Below the pieces are notes generated by a model. The model was given only the letters and a program-made list of their open reading frames with translations, searched no databases and was not told where the DNA came from. From a virus (lineage: Duplodnaviria > Heunggongvirae > Uroviricota > Caudoviricetes): a stretch of 36,714 bases of DNA. This document shows, piece after piece, positions 7,689 through 17,729 of this stretch. The DNA lies in IMG/VR virus record IMGVR_UViG_2737471844_000001; one strand, written 5' to 3'. A program made the position numbers and the translations under genes. How positions within the stretch are numbered: position 1 is the stretch's first letter; every line of letters begins with the position of its first letter.

Positions 7689-9905
7689 CTAAGCGGTAAC
7701 GTTCTCCTCTTCTAGTTCGTCCATCATTTTTAAATAATGCATTTCGTCACCAGTAGCTGAAAATATTGTTCTCAATTGTTTTAGGTATTTATCTGGGTCT
7801 ATGTCGCCCATATCAGTAATATTTACCGCATCAGAGTGAGAACCTCTGTTAATGTATCTGTAGAATGCTTTGAAATCACTGTTGCTATCGTCGCGTGCCA
7901 ACTTTGTTAATTCATCTTGTAGAGCATCTGTTCTATGAACAAATGCAAAATAATATTCTAGTATGTTTCTCATAATATTAGGTATTATGATTTTGTTTGC
8001 TTTGCCATCTTTTGCATCTTTTAATATTTGCCACAAAGATTGATATTCATTCTGTATGCTGTTTTTTTGTATTTCAGTAATTATACTAAAATCATTTTTC
8101 GTTACTCTACCTAGATAATAGTTTTTCTTAAATAGTTTGTCTTCTCTGCTTTTAGGAGATAGCTTAATAAGTTCATGAAAGAAATAAAGATTGTGAGTAA
8201 GGATTAATACCTTCTTTGTTAATTCATTTTTTATAATGTGGTGATGAATAATTGATGCGATGTCGTAGACATAGTTTTGCGATAGACTAGATATTGGATC
8301 GTCAATAACAATAAAAATATCCCTGCTATCGGTATCATTTTTATCGGTTTTACCTTTACAGCACTCTAAAAAATAAAGAAACGTTATTAGTGTTTTTTCA
8401 CCTTCGCTAAGAGATCTATAAACATTTTGGTTTTTTGTATGCCCTGGTCGAGATATAATGTACATATCTTTTCTTTCTGCATGTTTTTCAATACAAAAAC
8501 CAGAGATCCCTAGATTTTTTAAATGGGTGTTTATTGAGTCTATCGTAGAATCAATGTTAGATATTTTATCTCGCAATGCTTTTATTGTGAGATTATTTTC
8601 TTTTCCTTGTTGCTCAATATTATTTAATTCATCATGAACTTTCTTTTTGATATCAAAGAATTTTTCTTTGTGTTTGGATAAATTCTCTAAATCATCGCTG
8701 CAAAAAGCATGGAGAGCCCCCCAAACTTGTTTTCCGATTTTATTCTCATACTCTTTGAGTTTTTTAACCTTATCATTTATGTCTCTTATTTTTTTGTTAA
8801 CAGCGTCTATGCTTTCCTGAACATGATTTTCTAGTTCTTTATCAATTTCTAATGTAACGCATGTTGATGGATTGTTGATCTTATCAATAATGTTTATTAA
8901 ATTTTTTTCTGCAATGTTTTGCAATATTTTAATATTGGAAATAATGATCTCTTTATCTTTCTCATTGATTAGTGCACATGATGATATATTGTTTTGTATT
9001 TCGTTAAAATGATATATGGTATTTTTCTCATAAACTGACTTTATATCTGAGAGCTGTTTTACTTTCTTTGAATAACTTTCGTCAAATATTGATTTAAGGG
9101 CATTTAAAAATTCGCGACTAATAGTTTTTTCCTGACAAAACGGGCATGTAGAACCGTCTAAATAATGTTCTTTACCTTTTTTTACCCAGTCAAGATTATG
9201 AAGTTTATTAATGGTTTCTGATAAATAGCTATTGCTTGTATCTATTATAGGTGTTGCTAATGTATTTACATCATCAATTGATGGGGTATATGGGTGTAAA
9301 GGAGTTATTAATGCGGTTTCATTGTTTCTATTTTCTAATAGTATAGAGTATTCTTTTGCTATATCATTTAAATTAATAAAGGTGATTGGTGAGGATGATT
9401 TTATCATCTCAAAAAAAGGTCTTTTATAGCCAACTTTACCTTTCATTAAGGTTTTTAGTACAGAGTTTCTGATTGGTTCTGTTTTTTTCCAGATCGATTC
9501 GATGTATTCATTTTCTTTTTTTTCCATTTCTGCTTCTAATTTCAATAACACTCCTTTTTTTTGTCTATATTGCTCTGTAAGTTGCTGTTTAATTGCTTCT
9601 TTTTTAATTAATTGTTTTTCAATATCTGCATTTTCTTTACTTAATGTAAAAACACCTTTTTGTTCCTGTGCATTGTAGAAATTATCTTCAATAAATTTAG
9701 TGTTGTAAACAAGAGGTTTGTAATTGTCAAGAAGGGTACATTCACACTCGTTATAATCTGTGTGTGTAGAGTCGTAGAAATAATTTGAAATGGTAGATTT
9801 GCCACAACCATTTTGGCCGTATAGTATGTTTACTCTTTTTTCAAGATTCAGTATTGTGAAGGCGTCTTTCTTATAACTGGTAACATTTTTTAATCTAAGT
9901 TCCAT
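7689..9905 (-). CDS. Cargo ABC-type ATPase (738 aa) with CxxC insertion and possible RloC/PrrC-like anticodon-nuclease C-terminal region; candidate anti-phage defence protein
   Basis: Walker A GQNGCGKST (res 30-38), ABC signature LSEGEK, Walker B IFIVIDDP, H-loop LTHN; CPFC at res 254-257 plus ECEC at 54-56; C-terminal R-x3-E then H at +40; AT-rich island at the P2 tin/old position; GAGG RBS before the ATG. Confidence 0.6.
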   Translation of the reverse strand: MELRLKNVTSYKKDAFTILNLEKRVNILYGQNGCGKSTISNYFYDSTHTDYNECECTLLDNYKPLVYNTKFIEDNFYNAQEQKGVFTLSKENADIEKQLIKKEAIKQQLTEQYRQKKGVLLKLEAEMEKKENEYIESIWKKTEPIRNSVLKTLMKGKVGYKRPFFEMIKSSSPITFINLNDIAKEYSILLENRNNETALITPLHPYTPSIDDVNTLATPIIDTSNSYLSETINKLHNLDWVKKGKEHYLDGSTCPFCQEKTISREFLNALKSIFDESYSKKVKQLSDIKSVYEKNTIYHFNEIQNNISSCALINEKDKEIIISNIKILQNIAEKNLINIIDKINNPSTCVTLEIDKELENHVQESIDAVNKKIRDINDKVKKLKEYENKIGKQVWGALHAFCSDDLENLSKHKEKFFDIKKKVHDELNNIEQQGKENNLTIKALRDKISNIDSTIDSINTHLKNLGISGFCIEKHAERKDMYIISRPGHTKNQNVYRSLSEGEKTLITFLYFLECCKGKTDKNDTDSRDIFIVIDDPISSLSQNYVYDIASIIHHHIIKNELTKKVLILTHNLYFFHELIKLSPKSREDKLFKKNYYLGRVTKNDFSIITEIQKNSIQNEYQSLWQILKDAKDGKANKIIIPNIMRNILEYYFAFVHRTDALQDELTKLARDDSNSDFKAFYRYINRGSHSDAVNITDMGDIDPDKYLKQLRTIFSATGDEMHYLKMMDELEEENVTA

Positions 9906-10220
9906 TTTTATGCCTCATACGATAAAGCTTTTATTGTATGTAAAAAAGCAGCTTAATATAGCCACTTAGTGGTAAAGATCTACCTTAAGACTTTGATATG
10001 TGCAAGAGGCATATAACGTAAGTGTTCGTTGAGCCAAATATGTTTACGCTATGACGAGTTGGTCGTTTTTTGACAATCCTGTAGGAGCTATAGATAGGCG
10101 TATATTAAGTGCGTGTTTTTGCATGTGTCAGATACTATTCTTTTTGTCAGTTTCGGTCAGTGCTGATGTGATTTCAGTTTCATCATGCAACTGCATTAAA
10201 ACCGCCCCATGAAGCGGGCG

Positions 10221-10239
10221 GGCGAGGCGGGGAAAGCAC
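10221..10239. other. cos cohesive-end site, GGCGAGGCGGGGAAAGCAC
   Basis: 19-nt sequence matching the P2 cohesive end as I recall it, immediately upstream of the portal/terminase genes. Confidence 0.8.
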
Positions 10240-10408
10240 TGCGCGCTGGCGGTGGTGCTGATTTTATTTTTTCAGCGTCTGAGCGCGTCGTGATGGCGTT
10301 TAGATTGTTCGCCGGGGCGTTGGTGTGTCTGCGGGATGTTTTGTGCGGTGGTGAGCGTGTGAGGGCGTGATGACAGGGTGTAAAAAAGCCGCCCGCAGGC
10401 GGCGATGT

Positions 10409-11443
10409 TCAGCCGTTGTCAGGGTCCAGTGAGTAGTTTTTAAAGCGGATGACCTCCTGACCGAGCCAGCCGTTTATCTCGCGGATCCTGTCCTGTAACG
10501 GGATAAGTTCATTGCGGACAAAGACCTTTGCCACTTTCTCAATATCACCCAGCGACCCGACGTTCTCCGGCTTGCCACCCATCAACTGAAAGGGGATGCG
10601 GTGCGCGTCCAGCAGGTCAGCGGCGCTGGCTTTTTTGATATTAAAAAAATCGTCCTTCGTCGCCACTTCACTGAGGGGGATAATTTTAATGCCGTCGGCT
10701 TTCCCCTGTGGGGCATAGAGAAACAGGTTTTTAAAGTTGTTGCGGCCTTTCGACTTGACCATGTTTTCGCGAAGCATTTCGATATCGTTGCGGTCCTGCA
10801 CGGCATCGGTGACGTACATGATGTATCCGGCATGTGCGCCGTTTTCGTAATACTTGCGGCGGAACAGCGTGGCCGACTCATTCAGCCAGGCAGAGTTAAG
10901 GGCGCTGAGATATTCCGGCAGACCGTACAGCTCCTGATTAATATCCGGCTCCAGCAGGTGAAACACGGAGCCGGGCGCGAAAGGTGTCGGCTCGTTGAAG
11001 GACGGCACCCACCAGTAAACATCCTCTTCCACACCACGGCGGGTATATTTTGCCGGTGAGGTTTCCAGTCTGATGACCTTACCGGTGGTGCTGTATCGCT
11101 TTTCCAGAAACGCATTACCGAACACCAGAAAGTCCAGCACAAAGCGGCTGAAATTCTGCTGTGAAAGCCACGGATGCGGGATAAATGTCGAGGCCAGAAT
11201 ATTGCGTTTAACGTAAATCGGTGAGCTGTGATGCACGGCAGCACGCAGGCTTTTTGCCAGACCGGTAAAGCTGACCGGTGGCTCATACCATCTGCCGTTA
11301 CTGATGCACTCGACGTAATCCAGAATGTCACGGCGGTCGAGTACCGGCACCGGCTCACCAAAGGTGAATGCCTCCATTTTCGGGGCGCTGGCGGTCATTT
11401 TTTTTGCCGCAGGTTGCGGTGTTTTCCCTTTTTTCTTGCTCAT
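10409..11443 (-). CDS. Q: Portal protein (P2 Q-like, 344 aa)
   Basis: Exact P2 Q length; next to cos and terminase; stop/start overlap with P. Confidence 0.92.
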   Translation of the reverse strand: MSKKKGKTPQPAAKKMTASAPKMEAFTFGEPVPVLDRRDILDYVECISNGRWYEPPVSFTGLAKSLRAAVHHSSPIYVKRNILASTFIPHPWLSQQNFSRFVLDFLVFGNAFLEKRYSTTGKVIRLETSPAKYTRRGVEEDVYWWVPSFNEPTPFAPGSVFHLLEPDINQELYGLPEYLSALNSAWLNESATLFRRKYYENGAHAGYIMYVTDAVQDRNDIEMLRENMVKSKGRNNFKNLFLYAPQGKADGIKIIPLSEVATKDDFFNIKKASAADLLDAHRIPFQLMGGKPENVGSLGDIEKVAKVFVRNELIPLQDRIREINGWLGQEVIRFKNYSLDPDNG

Positions 11444-13215
11444 CAGTAAAACTCCAGAATGGTGGATGTCAGCGGGGTGCTGATACCGGCGGTGAGTGGC
11501 TCATTTAACAGAGCGTGCATGGTCGCCCATGCGAGGTCGGCGTGGCTGGCTTCCTCGCTGCGGCTGGCCTCATAGGTGGCGCTGCGTCCGCTGCTGGTCA
11601 TGGTCTTGCGGATAGCCATGAACGAGCTGGTGATGTCGGTGGCGCTGACGTCATATTCCAGACAGCCACGGCGAATAACGTCTTTTGCCTTGAGCACCAT
11701 TGCGGTTTTCATTTCCGGCGTGTAGCGGATATCGCGCGCGGCGGGATAGAACGAACGCACGAGCTGGAACACGCCGACACCGAGGCCGGTGGCATCAATA
11801 CCGATGTATTCGACGTTGTATTTTTCGGTGAGTTTGCGGATGGATTCCGCCTGAGTGGCAAAATCCATGCCTTTCCACTGGTGACGCTCAAGTATTCTGA
11901 ATTTGCCACCGGCCACCACCGGCGGTGCCAGCACCACGCATCCGGCGCTGTCGCCACGGTGTGACGGGTCGTAACCAATCCATACCGGGCGGGAGCCGAA
12001 CGGATTGGCGGCAAACGGCGCATAGTCTTCCCATTCTTCCAGCGTGTCGACCATGCAGCGTTGCAGCTCCTCGAACGGGAACACTGACGCCTTGTCGTCA
12101 ACAAATTCACACATGAACAGGTTTTTAAAATCGTCGGCGCTGTTTTCGCGTTTGAGCTGCTCAATGTCGAACAGCGTGCAGCCACCTTTCAGGGCGTCCT
12201 CAATGGTGACAATCTGCCGCCACTGGCCGTCCGCACAGAGAAGACCTCCGGCAAGGGCGTTATGACTGACGTCGATTTCCACGCGTTCGGCGGCGCTGGC
12301 GCGTCCCCGGTTGAACAGTTCACCCGACCAGAACGGGTAGGCGTCGTGCGCCAGCGTGGACGGGGTGGAGAAATAGGTCGAGCGCAGGTGACTCTGTGAG
12401 GCCATACCTGATGCCACCTTACGCAGTACCTGAAAATTCGGGATCCAGAAAATCTCATCGACGTACAGGTCGCCGTTATGGCTCTGTGCGGTGTTGGAGT
12501 TGGTGCCGAGAAAAATCAGTTTTGCGCCGTTATTGCCCAGGACAATCGGGTCACCGGTCAGGTCAACGTCAACCAGCCGGGCAAAGGCGATGATGTATTC
12601 ACGGAACACATACGCCTGCGTTTTACTGGCCGACAGAAAAATCTGGTTATGGCCGGTTTTCAGGGCGCGCAGCAGCGCCTCGCGGGAAAAATAAAACGTT
12701 GCGCCAATCTGACGGGATTTCAGGATATCGCGGATGCGGTGCTCAAGCCCGGCGCGATACCAGTGCAACTGATAGTCGAAAGACTGCTCAAAGAAAATCT
12801 GCTCCAGCTTTTCGATGGCCTCGTCACTGAAAAAATTCTTTTTCGGTTTGCGACGCCCGTCTTTGTTGCGGTTAGCGACGTTCGGATTAAGGTCTGCCTC
12901 GTTGCCGGTCTGACTGTAGCGGTTTACCCGTGCCAGTCGTTCAATCTGGCGTCCGAGCAGGTCAATTTCCTTGAAGTCACCGCCGGTTTTCTGCGGTTTG
13001 ATGATGAGCTGGGTCAGCCGCGCTTCCAGACTCATTTCGACACGGCTGATGGGGGCAACGCTGTCCCAGCCGTCGCGCTGTTTCCAGCTCTGCACCGTCG
13101 GGCGTTTCATCTGCAACATGGCGGCAATCTGCGGCACGGAAAATCCCTGCCAGTACAGCAGCGCCGCCTGACGACGCGGGTCGTGTAAAAGAGTGGTGTC
13201 TGTGGTGATGGTCAT
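11443..13215 (-). CDS. P: Terminase large subunit / ATPase (P2 P-like, 590 aa)
   Basis: Start placed at second ATG (13215), which has a GAGG RBS and gives the P2 P length of 590 aa; ORF track starts 10 codons earlier. Confidence 0.9.
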   Translation of the reverse strand: MTITTDTTLLHDPRRQAALLYWQGFSVPQIAAMLQMKRPTVQSWKQRDGWDSVAPISRVEMSLEARLTQLIIKPQKTGGDFKEIDLLGRQIERLARVNRYSQTGNEADLNPNVANRNKDGRRKPKKNFFSDEAIEKLEQIFFEQSFDYQLHWYRAGLEHRIRDILKSRQIGATFYFSREALLRALKTGHNQIFLSASKTQAYVFREYIIAFARLVDVDLTGDPIVLGNNGAKLIFLGTNSNTAQSHNGDLYVDEIFWIPNFQVLRKVASGMASQSHLRSTYFSTPSTLAHDAYPFWSGELFNRGRASAAERVEIDVSHNALAGGLLCADGQWRQIVTIEDALKGGCTLFDIEQLKRENSADDFKNLFMCEFVDDKASVFPFEELQRCMVDTLEEWEDYAPFAANPFGSRPVWIGYDPSHRGDSAGCVVLAPPVVAGGKFRILERHQWKGMDFATQAESIRKLTEKYNVEYIGIDATGLGVGVFQLVRSFYPAARDIRYTPEMKTAMVLKAKDVIRRGCLEYDVSATDITSSFMAIRKTMTSSGRSATYEASRSEEASHADLAWATMHALLNEPLTAGISTPLTSTILEFY

Positions 13216-13387
13216 GAATACCTCGCCGTGATGAATACACGGCAAGGCTACTGAGTCGCGCCCCGCGATTCGCTAAGGTGCTGTTGTGTCAGTGATAAGC
13301 CATCCGGGACTGATGGCGGAGGATGCGCATCGTCGGGAAACTGATGCCGACATGTGACTCCTCTAATCACTATCAGGACTCCTGACA

Positions 13388-14242
13388 ATGGCAAAAAAAG
13401 TCTCAAAATTCTTTCGTATCGGCGTTGAGGGTGACACCTGTGACGGGCGTGTCATCAGTGCGCAGGATATTCAGGAAATGGCCGAAACCTTTGACCCGCG
13501 TGTCTATGGTTGCCGCATTAACCTGGAACATCTGCGCGGCATCCTGCCTGACGGTATTTTTAAACGTTATGGCGATGTGGCCGAACTTAAGGCCGAAAAG
13601 ATTGACGATGATTCGGCGCTGAAAGGCAAATGGGCGCTGTTTGCGAAAATCACCCCGACCGATGACCTTATCGCGATGAACAAGGCCGCGCAGAAGGTCT
13701 ATACCTCAATGGAAATTCAGCCGAACTTTGCCAATACAGGCAAATGTTATCTGGTGGGTCTGGCCGTCACCGATGACCCGGCAAGCCTCGGTACGGAATA
13801 CCTGGAATTCTGCCGCACGGCAAAACACAACCCTCTGAACCGCTTCAAATTAAGCCCTGAAAACCTGATTTCAGTGGCAACGCCTGTTGAGCTGGAATTT
13901 GAAGACCTGCCTGAAACCGTGTTCACCGCCCTGACCGAAAAGGTGAAATCCATTTTTGGCCGCAAACAGGCCAGCGATGACGCCCGTCTGAATGACGTGC
14001 ATGAAGCGGTGACCGCTGTTGCTGAACATGTGCAGGAAAAACTGAGCACCACTGAGCAGCGCCTCGCTGAGATGGAAAACACATTTTCCGCACTTAAGCA
14101 GGAGGTGACTGACAGGGCGGATGAAACCAGCCAGGCATTCACCCGCCTGAAAAACAGTCTCGACCACACCGAAAGTCTGACCCAGCAGCGCCGCAGCAAG
14201 GCCACCGGCGGTGGCGGTGACGCCCTGATGACGAACTGCTGA
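13388..14242 (+). CDS. O: Capsid scaffolding protein (P2 O-like, 284 aa)
   Basis: Length and position; divergent from Q/P. Confidence 0.9.
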   Translation: MAKKVSKFFRIGVEGDTCDGRVISAQDIQEMAETFDPRVYGCRINLEHLRGILPDGIFKRYGDVAELKAEKIDDDSALKGKWALFAKITPTDDLIAMNKAAQKVYTSMEIQPNFANTGKCYLVGLAVTDDPASLGTEYLEFCRTAKHNPLNRFKLSPENLISVATPVELEFEDLPETVFTALTEKVKSIFGRKQASDDARLNDVHEAVTAVAEHVQEKLSTTEQRLAEMENTFSALKQEVTDRADETSQAFTRLKNSLDHTESLTQQRRSKATGGGGDALMTNC

Positions 14243-14300
14243 CCGTCGTCAGTCAGTCCGGGAAAACCTTCACGATTAACCCTTAATTTCAGGAAAAACT

Positions 14301-15374
14301 ATGCGCCAGGAAACCCGCTTTAAATTTAATGCCTACCTGTCCCGTGTTGCCGAACTGAACGGCATCGACGCCGGTGATGTGTCGAAAAAATTCACCGTTG
14401 AACCGTCGGTCACCCAGACCCTGATGAACACCATGCAGGAGTCCTCTGATTTTCTGACCCGCATCAACATTGTGCCGGTCAGCGAAATGAAAGGGGAAAA
14501 AATTGGTATTGGTGTCACCGGCTCCATCGCCAGCACCACCGACACCGCCGGTGGCACCGAGCGTCAGCCGAAGGACTTCTCGAAGCTGGTGTCAAACAAG
14601 TACGAATGCGACCAGATTAACTTCGATTTTTATATCCGCTACAAAACGCTGGACCTGTGGGCGCGTTATCAGGATTTCCAGCTCCGTATCCGTAACGCCA
14701 TTATCAAACGCCAGTCCCTTGATTTCATCATGGCCGGTTTTAACGGCGTGAAGCGTGCCGAAACCTCTGACCGCAGCAGCAATCCGATGCTGCAGGATGT
14801 GGCGGTCGGCTGGCTGCAGAAATACCGCAATGAAGCCCCGGCGCGCGTGATGAGCAAGGTCACTGACGAGGAAGGCCGCACCACCTCTGAGGTCATCCGC
14901 GTGGGTAAGGGCGGTGATTATGTAAGCCTCGATGCACTGGTGATGGATGCGACCAACAACCTGATTGAACCTTGGTATCAGGAAGACCCTGACCTTGTGG
15001 TGATTGTGGGGCGTCAGCTACTGGCGGACAAGTATTTCCCTATCGTCAACAAGGAGCAGGATAACAGCGAGATGCTGGCCGCTGACGTCATCATCAGCCA
15101 GAAACGCATCGGTAACCTGCCGGCGGTACGCGTCCCGTACTTCCCGGCGGATGCGATGCTCATCACGAAGCTGGAAAACCTGTCCATCTACTACATGGAT
15201 GACAGCCATCGCCGCGTGATTGAGGAAAACCCGAAACTCGACCGCGTGGAGAACTACGAGTCAATGAACATTGATTACGTGGTGGAAGACTACGCCGCCG
15301 GTTGTCTGGTGGAAAAAATTAAGGTCGGTGATTTCTCCACACAGGCCAGGGCAACCGCAGAGCCGGGAGCGTAA
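14301..15374 (+). CDS. N: Major capsid protein (P2 N-like, 357 aa)
   Basis: Length and synteny. Confidence 0.92.
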   Translation: MRQETRFKFNAYLSRVAELNGIDAGDVSKKFTVEPSVTQTLMNTMQESSDFLTRINIVPVSEMKGEKIGIGVTGSIASTTDTAGGTERQPKDFSKLVSNKYECDQINFDFYIRYKTLDLWARYQDFQLRIRNAIIKRQSLDFIMAGFNGVKRAETSDRSSNPMLQDVAVGWLQKYRNEAPARVMSKVTDEEGRTTSEVIRVGKGGDYVSLDALVMDATNNLIEPWYQEDPDLVVIVGRQLLADKYFPIVNKEQDNSEMLAADVIISQKRIGNLPAVRVPYFPADAMLITKLENLSIYYMDDSHRRVIEENPKLDRVENYESMNIDYVVEDYAAGCLVEKIKVGDFSTQARATAEPGA

Positions 15375-15377
15375 CCG

Positions 15378-16121
15378 ATGACGAGTCCCGCACAGCGCCA
15401 CATGATGCGGGTCTCGGCAGCGATGACCGCGCAGCGGGAAGCCGCCCCGCTGCGACATGCAACTGTCTATGAGCAGATGCTGGTCAAGCTGGCCGCAGAC
15501 CAGCGCACACTGAAAGCGATTTATTCAAAAGAGCTGAAGGCCGCGAAAAAGCGCGAACTGCTGCCGTTCTGGTTGCCGTGGGTGAACGGCGTGCTGGAGC
15601 AGGGCAAAGGTGCACAGGATGACATTCTGATGACGGTCATGCTGTGGCGTCTGGACACCGGCGATATTGCCGGTGCGCTGGAGATTGCCCGTTATGCCCT
15701 GAAGTACGGTCTGACCATGCCGGGTAAACACCGCCGCACCCCGCCGTACATGTTCACCGAGGAGGTCGCGCTCGCGGCCATGCGCGCCCATGCTGCCGGT
15801 GAGTCTGTGGATCCCCGCCTGCTGACGGACACCCTCGAACTGACCGCCACGGCTGACATGCCTGATGAAGTGCGCGCAAAGCTGCACAAAATCACCGGTC
15901 TGTTTCTGCGTGACGGTGGTGATGCCGCCGGTGCGCTGGCGCACCTGCAACGTGCGACACAGCTCGACTGTCAGGCAGGTGTCAAAAAAGAGATTGAACG
16001 ACTGGAGCGGGAGCTGAAACCGAAGCAGGAGCCGCAGCCCAAAGCGGCCACCCGTACCCCGCGTAAGACCCGGAGCGTGACACCGGCAAAACGTGGACGC
16101 CCGAAAAAGAAAGCCAGTTAA
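15378..16121 (+). CDS. M: Terminase small (endonuclease) subunit (P2 M-like, 247 aa)
   Basis: Length and synteny; basic C-terminal tail. Confidence 0.88.
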   Translation: MTSPAQRHMMRVSAAMTAQREAAPLRHATVYEQMLVKLAADQRTLKAIYSKELKAAKKRELLPFWLPWVNGVLEQGKGAQDDILMTVMLWRLDTGDIAGALEIARYALKYGLTMPGKHRRTPPYMFTEEVALAAMRAHAAGESVDPRLLTDTLELTATADMPDEVRAKLHKITGLFLRDGGDAAGALAHLQRATQLDCQAGVKKEIERLERELKPKQEPQPKAATRTPRKTRSVTPAKRGRPKKKAS

Positions 16122-16220
16122 CAACCGAATGCGCCCCGCGCCAGGGCGGCACGCCGGTCAGTGAGGGTGAATCACCTGACACTGCACCGGCGTCCACCGC
16201 CCGACTTTTCAGAGGTAGTC

Positions 16221-16730
16221 ATGATGACGCTGATTATTCCGCGAAAGGAGGCTCCCGTGTCCGGTGAGGGTACGGTGGTCATCCCGCAACCGGCAGGCGA
16301 CGAGCCGGTGATTAAAAACACGTTCTTTTTTCCCGATATCGACCCGAAGCGCGTCCGGGAACGTATGCGCCTTGAGCAGACCGTCGCCCCCGCCCGTCTG
16401 CGAGAGGCCATCAAGTCAGGCATGGCGGAGACGAATGCGGAGCTGTACGAGTACCGCGAACAGAAAATTGCCGCCGGTTTTACGCGTCTGGCGGACGTCC
16501 CGGCGGACGACATCGACGGTGAAAGCATCAAGGTTTTTTACTACGAGCGCGCCGTGTGTGCGATGGCGACCGCGTCGCTTTATGAGCGTTATCGCGGCGT
16601 GGATGCCAGTGCGAAAGGCGACAAAAAGGCCGACAGCATAGACAGCACCATTGATGAGTTGTGGCGGGATATGCGCTGGGCGGTGGCGCGTATCCAGGAC
16701 AAGCCGCGCTGCATCGTGAGTCAAATCTGA
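16221..16730 (+). CDS. L: Head completion/stabilisation protein (P2 L-like, 169 aa)
   Basis: Start at ATG 16221 (AGAGG RBS 5 nt upstream) gives the P2 L length; ORF track begins at 16161. Confidence 0.85.
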   Translation: MMTLIIPRKEAPVSGEGTVVIPQPAGDEPVIKNTFFFPDIDPKRVRERMRLEQTVAPARLREAIKSGMAETNAELYEYREQKIAAGFTRLADVPADDIDGESIKVFYYERAVCAMATASLYERYRGVDASAKGDKKADSIDSTIDELWRDMRWAVARIQDKPRCIVSQI

Positions 16731-16933
16731 TGAAGACCTTTGCGCTACAGGGCGACACGCTCGACGCCATTTGTGTCCGGTATTACGGGCGCACTGAGGG
16801 CGTGGTTGAGACCGTGCTCGCCGCAAATCCGGGACTGTCTGAACTGGGTGCGGTGCTGCCACACGGCACCGCCGTCGAACTGCCCGACGTTCAGACCGCG
16901 CCCGTGGCTGAAACTGTCAATCTGTGGGAGTAG
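16730..16933 (+). CDS. X: Tail protein X (67 aa)
   Basis: ATG at 16730 overlaps the L stop (TGATG); 67 aa as in P2 X. Confidence 0.8.
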   Translation: MKTFALQGDTLDAICVRYYGRTEGVVETVLAANPGLSELGAVLPHGTAVELPDVQTAPVAETVNLWE

Positions 16934-16936
16934 CGC

Positions 16937-17218
16937 ATGACAGCAGAAGAAAAAAGCGTCCTGTCGCTTTTCATGATTGGGGTGCTGATTGTTGTCGGCA
17001 AGGTGCTTGCCGGTGGTGAACCCATCACCCCGCGTCTGTTTATCGGACGCATGTTGCTCGGTGGTTTTGTCTCGATGGTTGCCGGTGTTGTTCTGGTGCA
17101 GTTTCCTGACCTGTCACTGCCTGCGGTGTGCGGTATCGGCTCCATGCTGGGTATCGCCGGTTATCAGGTGATTGAGATTGCCATTCAGCGCCGCTTTAAG
17201 GGCAGGGGGAAACAGTAA
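16937..17218 (+). CDS. Y: Holin (P2 Y-like, 93 aa)
   Basis: 93 aa, hydrophobic transmembrane segments, first gene of the lysis cassette. Confidence 0.88.
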   Translation: MTAEEKSVLSLFMIGVLIVVGKVLAGGEPITPRLFIGRMLLGGFVSMVAGVVLVQFPDLSLPAVCGIGSMLGIAGYQVIEIAIQRRFKGRGKQ

Positions 17219-17715
17219 TGCCGGTAATTAACACGCATCAGAATATCGCCGCCTTTCTCGACATGCTGGCGGTATCCGAAGGGACGGCGAATCATCCGCT
17301 GACGAAAAACCGGGGCTATGACGTGATAGTCACCGGACTGGACGGGAAGCCGGAAATTTTCACCGACTACAGTGACCACCCGTTCGCGCATGGCCGACCG
17401 GCGAAGGTGTTTAACCGTCGCGGTGAAAAATCCACGGCCTCCGGTCGCTATCAGCAGCTTTACCTGTTCTGGCCGCACTACCGCAAACAGCTTGCCCTGC
17501 CGGATTTCAGTCCGTTGTCACAGGACAGACTCGCCATTCAGTTGATCCGCGAACGCGGTGCACTGGATGACATCCGGGCGGGACGCATTGAGCGCGCCAT
17601 TTCACGCTGTCGCAATATCTGGGCGTCCCTGCCGGGTGCCGGTTACGGTCAGCGTGAGCATTCACTGGAAAAACTGGTCACCGTCTGGCGTACCGCTGGC
17701 GGCGTACCGGCTTAA
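17218..17715 (+). CDS. K: Endolysin / lysozyme (P2 K-like, 165 aa)
   Basis: Length and position after the holin. Confidence 0.88.
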   Translation: MPVINTHQNIAAFLDMLAVSEGTANHPLTKNRGYDVIVTGLDGKPEIFTDYSDHPFAHGRPAKVFNRRGEKSTASGRYQQLYLFWPHYRKQLALPDFSPLSQDRLAIQLIRERGALDDIRAGRIERAISRCRNIWASLPGAGYGQREHSLEKLVTVWRTAGGVPA

Positions 17716-17729
17716 ACGGAGTAAACACC

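Noticed and set aside
7689-9905. Calling the cargo ATPase an Old (OLD-family ATPase plus TOPRIM nuclease) homologue because it sits at the P2 old locus
   Set aside because: The C-terminal region lacks recognisable TOPRIM acidic motifs, and the ATPase has a long insertion with CxxC between Walker A and B, which fits an RloC/Rad50-like arrangement better.
12478-13188. Long antisense ORFs within GC-rich structural genes (this one, and others such as 15525..16124, 21573..22283, 32157..32846, 33664..34233)
   Set aside because: They overlap strongly supported P2-synteny genes on the opposite strand, have Arg/Ala/Gly-rich low-complexity translations and no RBS, and are typical shadow ORFs of high-GC coding DNA.
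13246-13387. Ogr-dependent late promoters (TGT-N12-ACA dyads) in the P/O divergent region, upstream of V (19589..19654) and upstream of FI (27993..28477)
   Set aside because: Late promoters are expected here by synteny, but I found only imperfect dyads (for example TGT-N12-CAC at 13348..13365) and cannot place them confidently without alignment to characterised P2 promoters.
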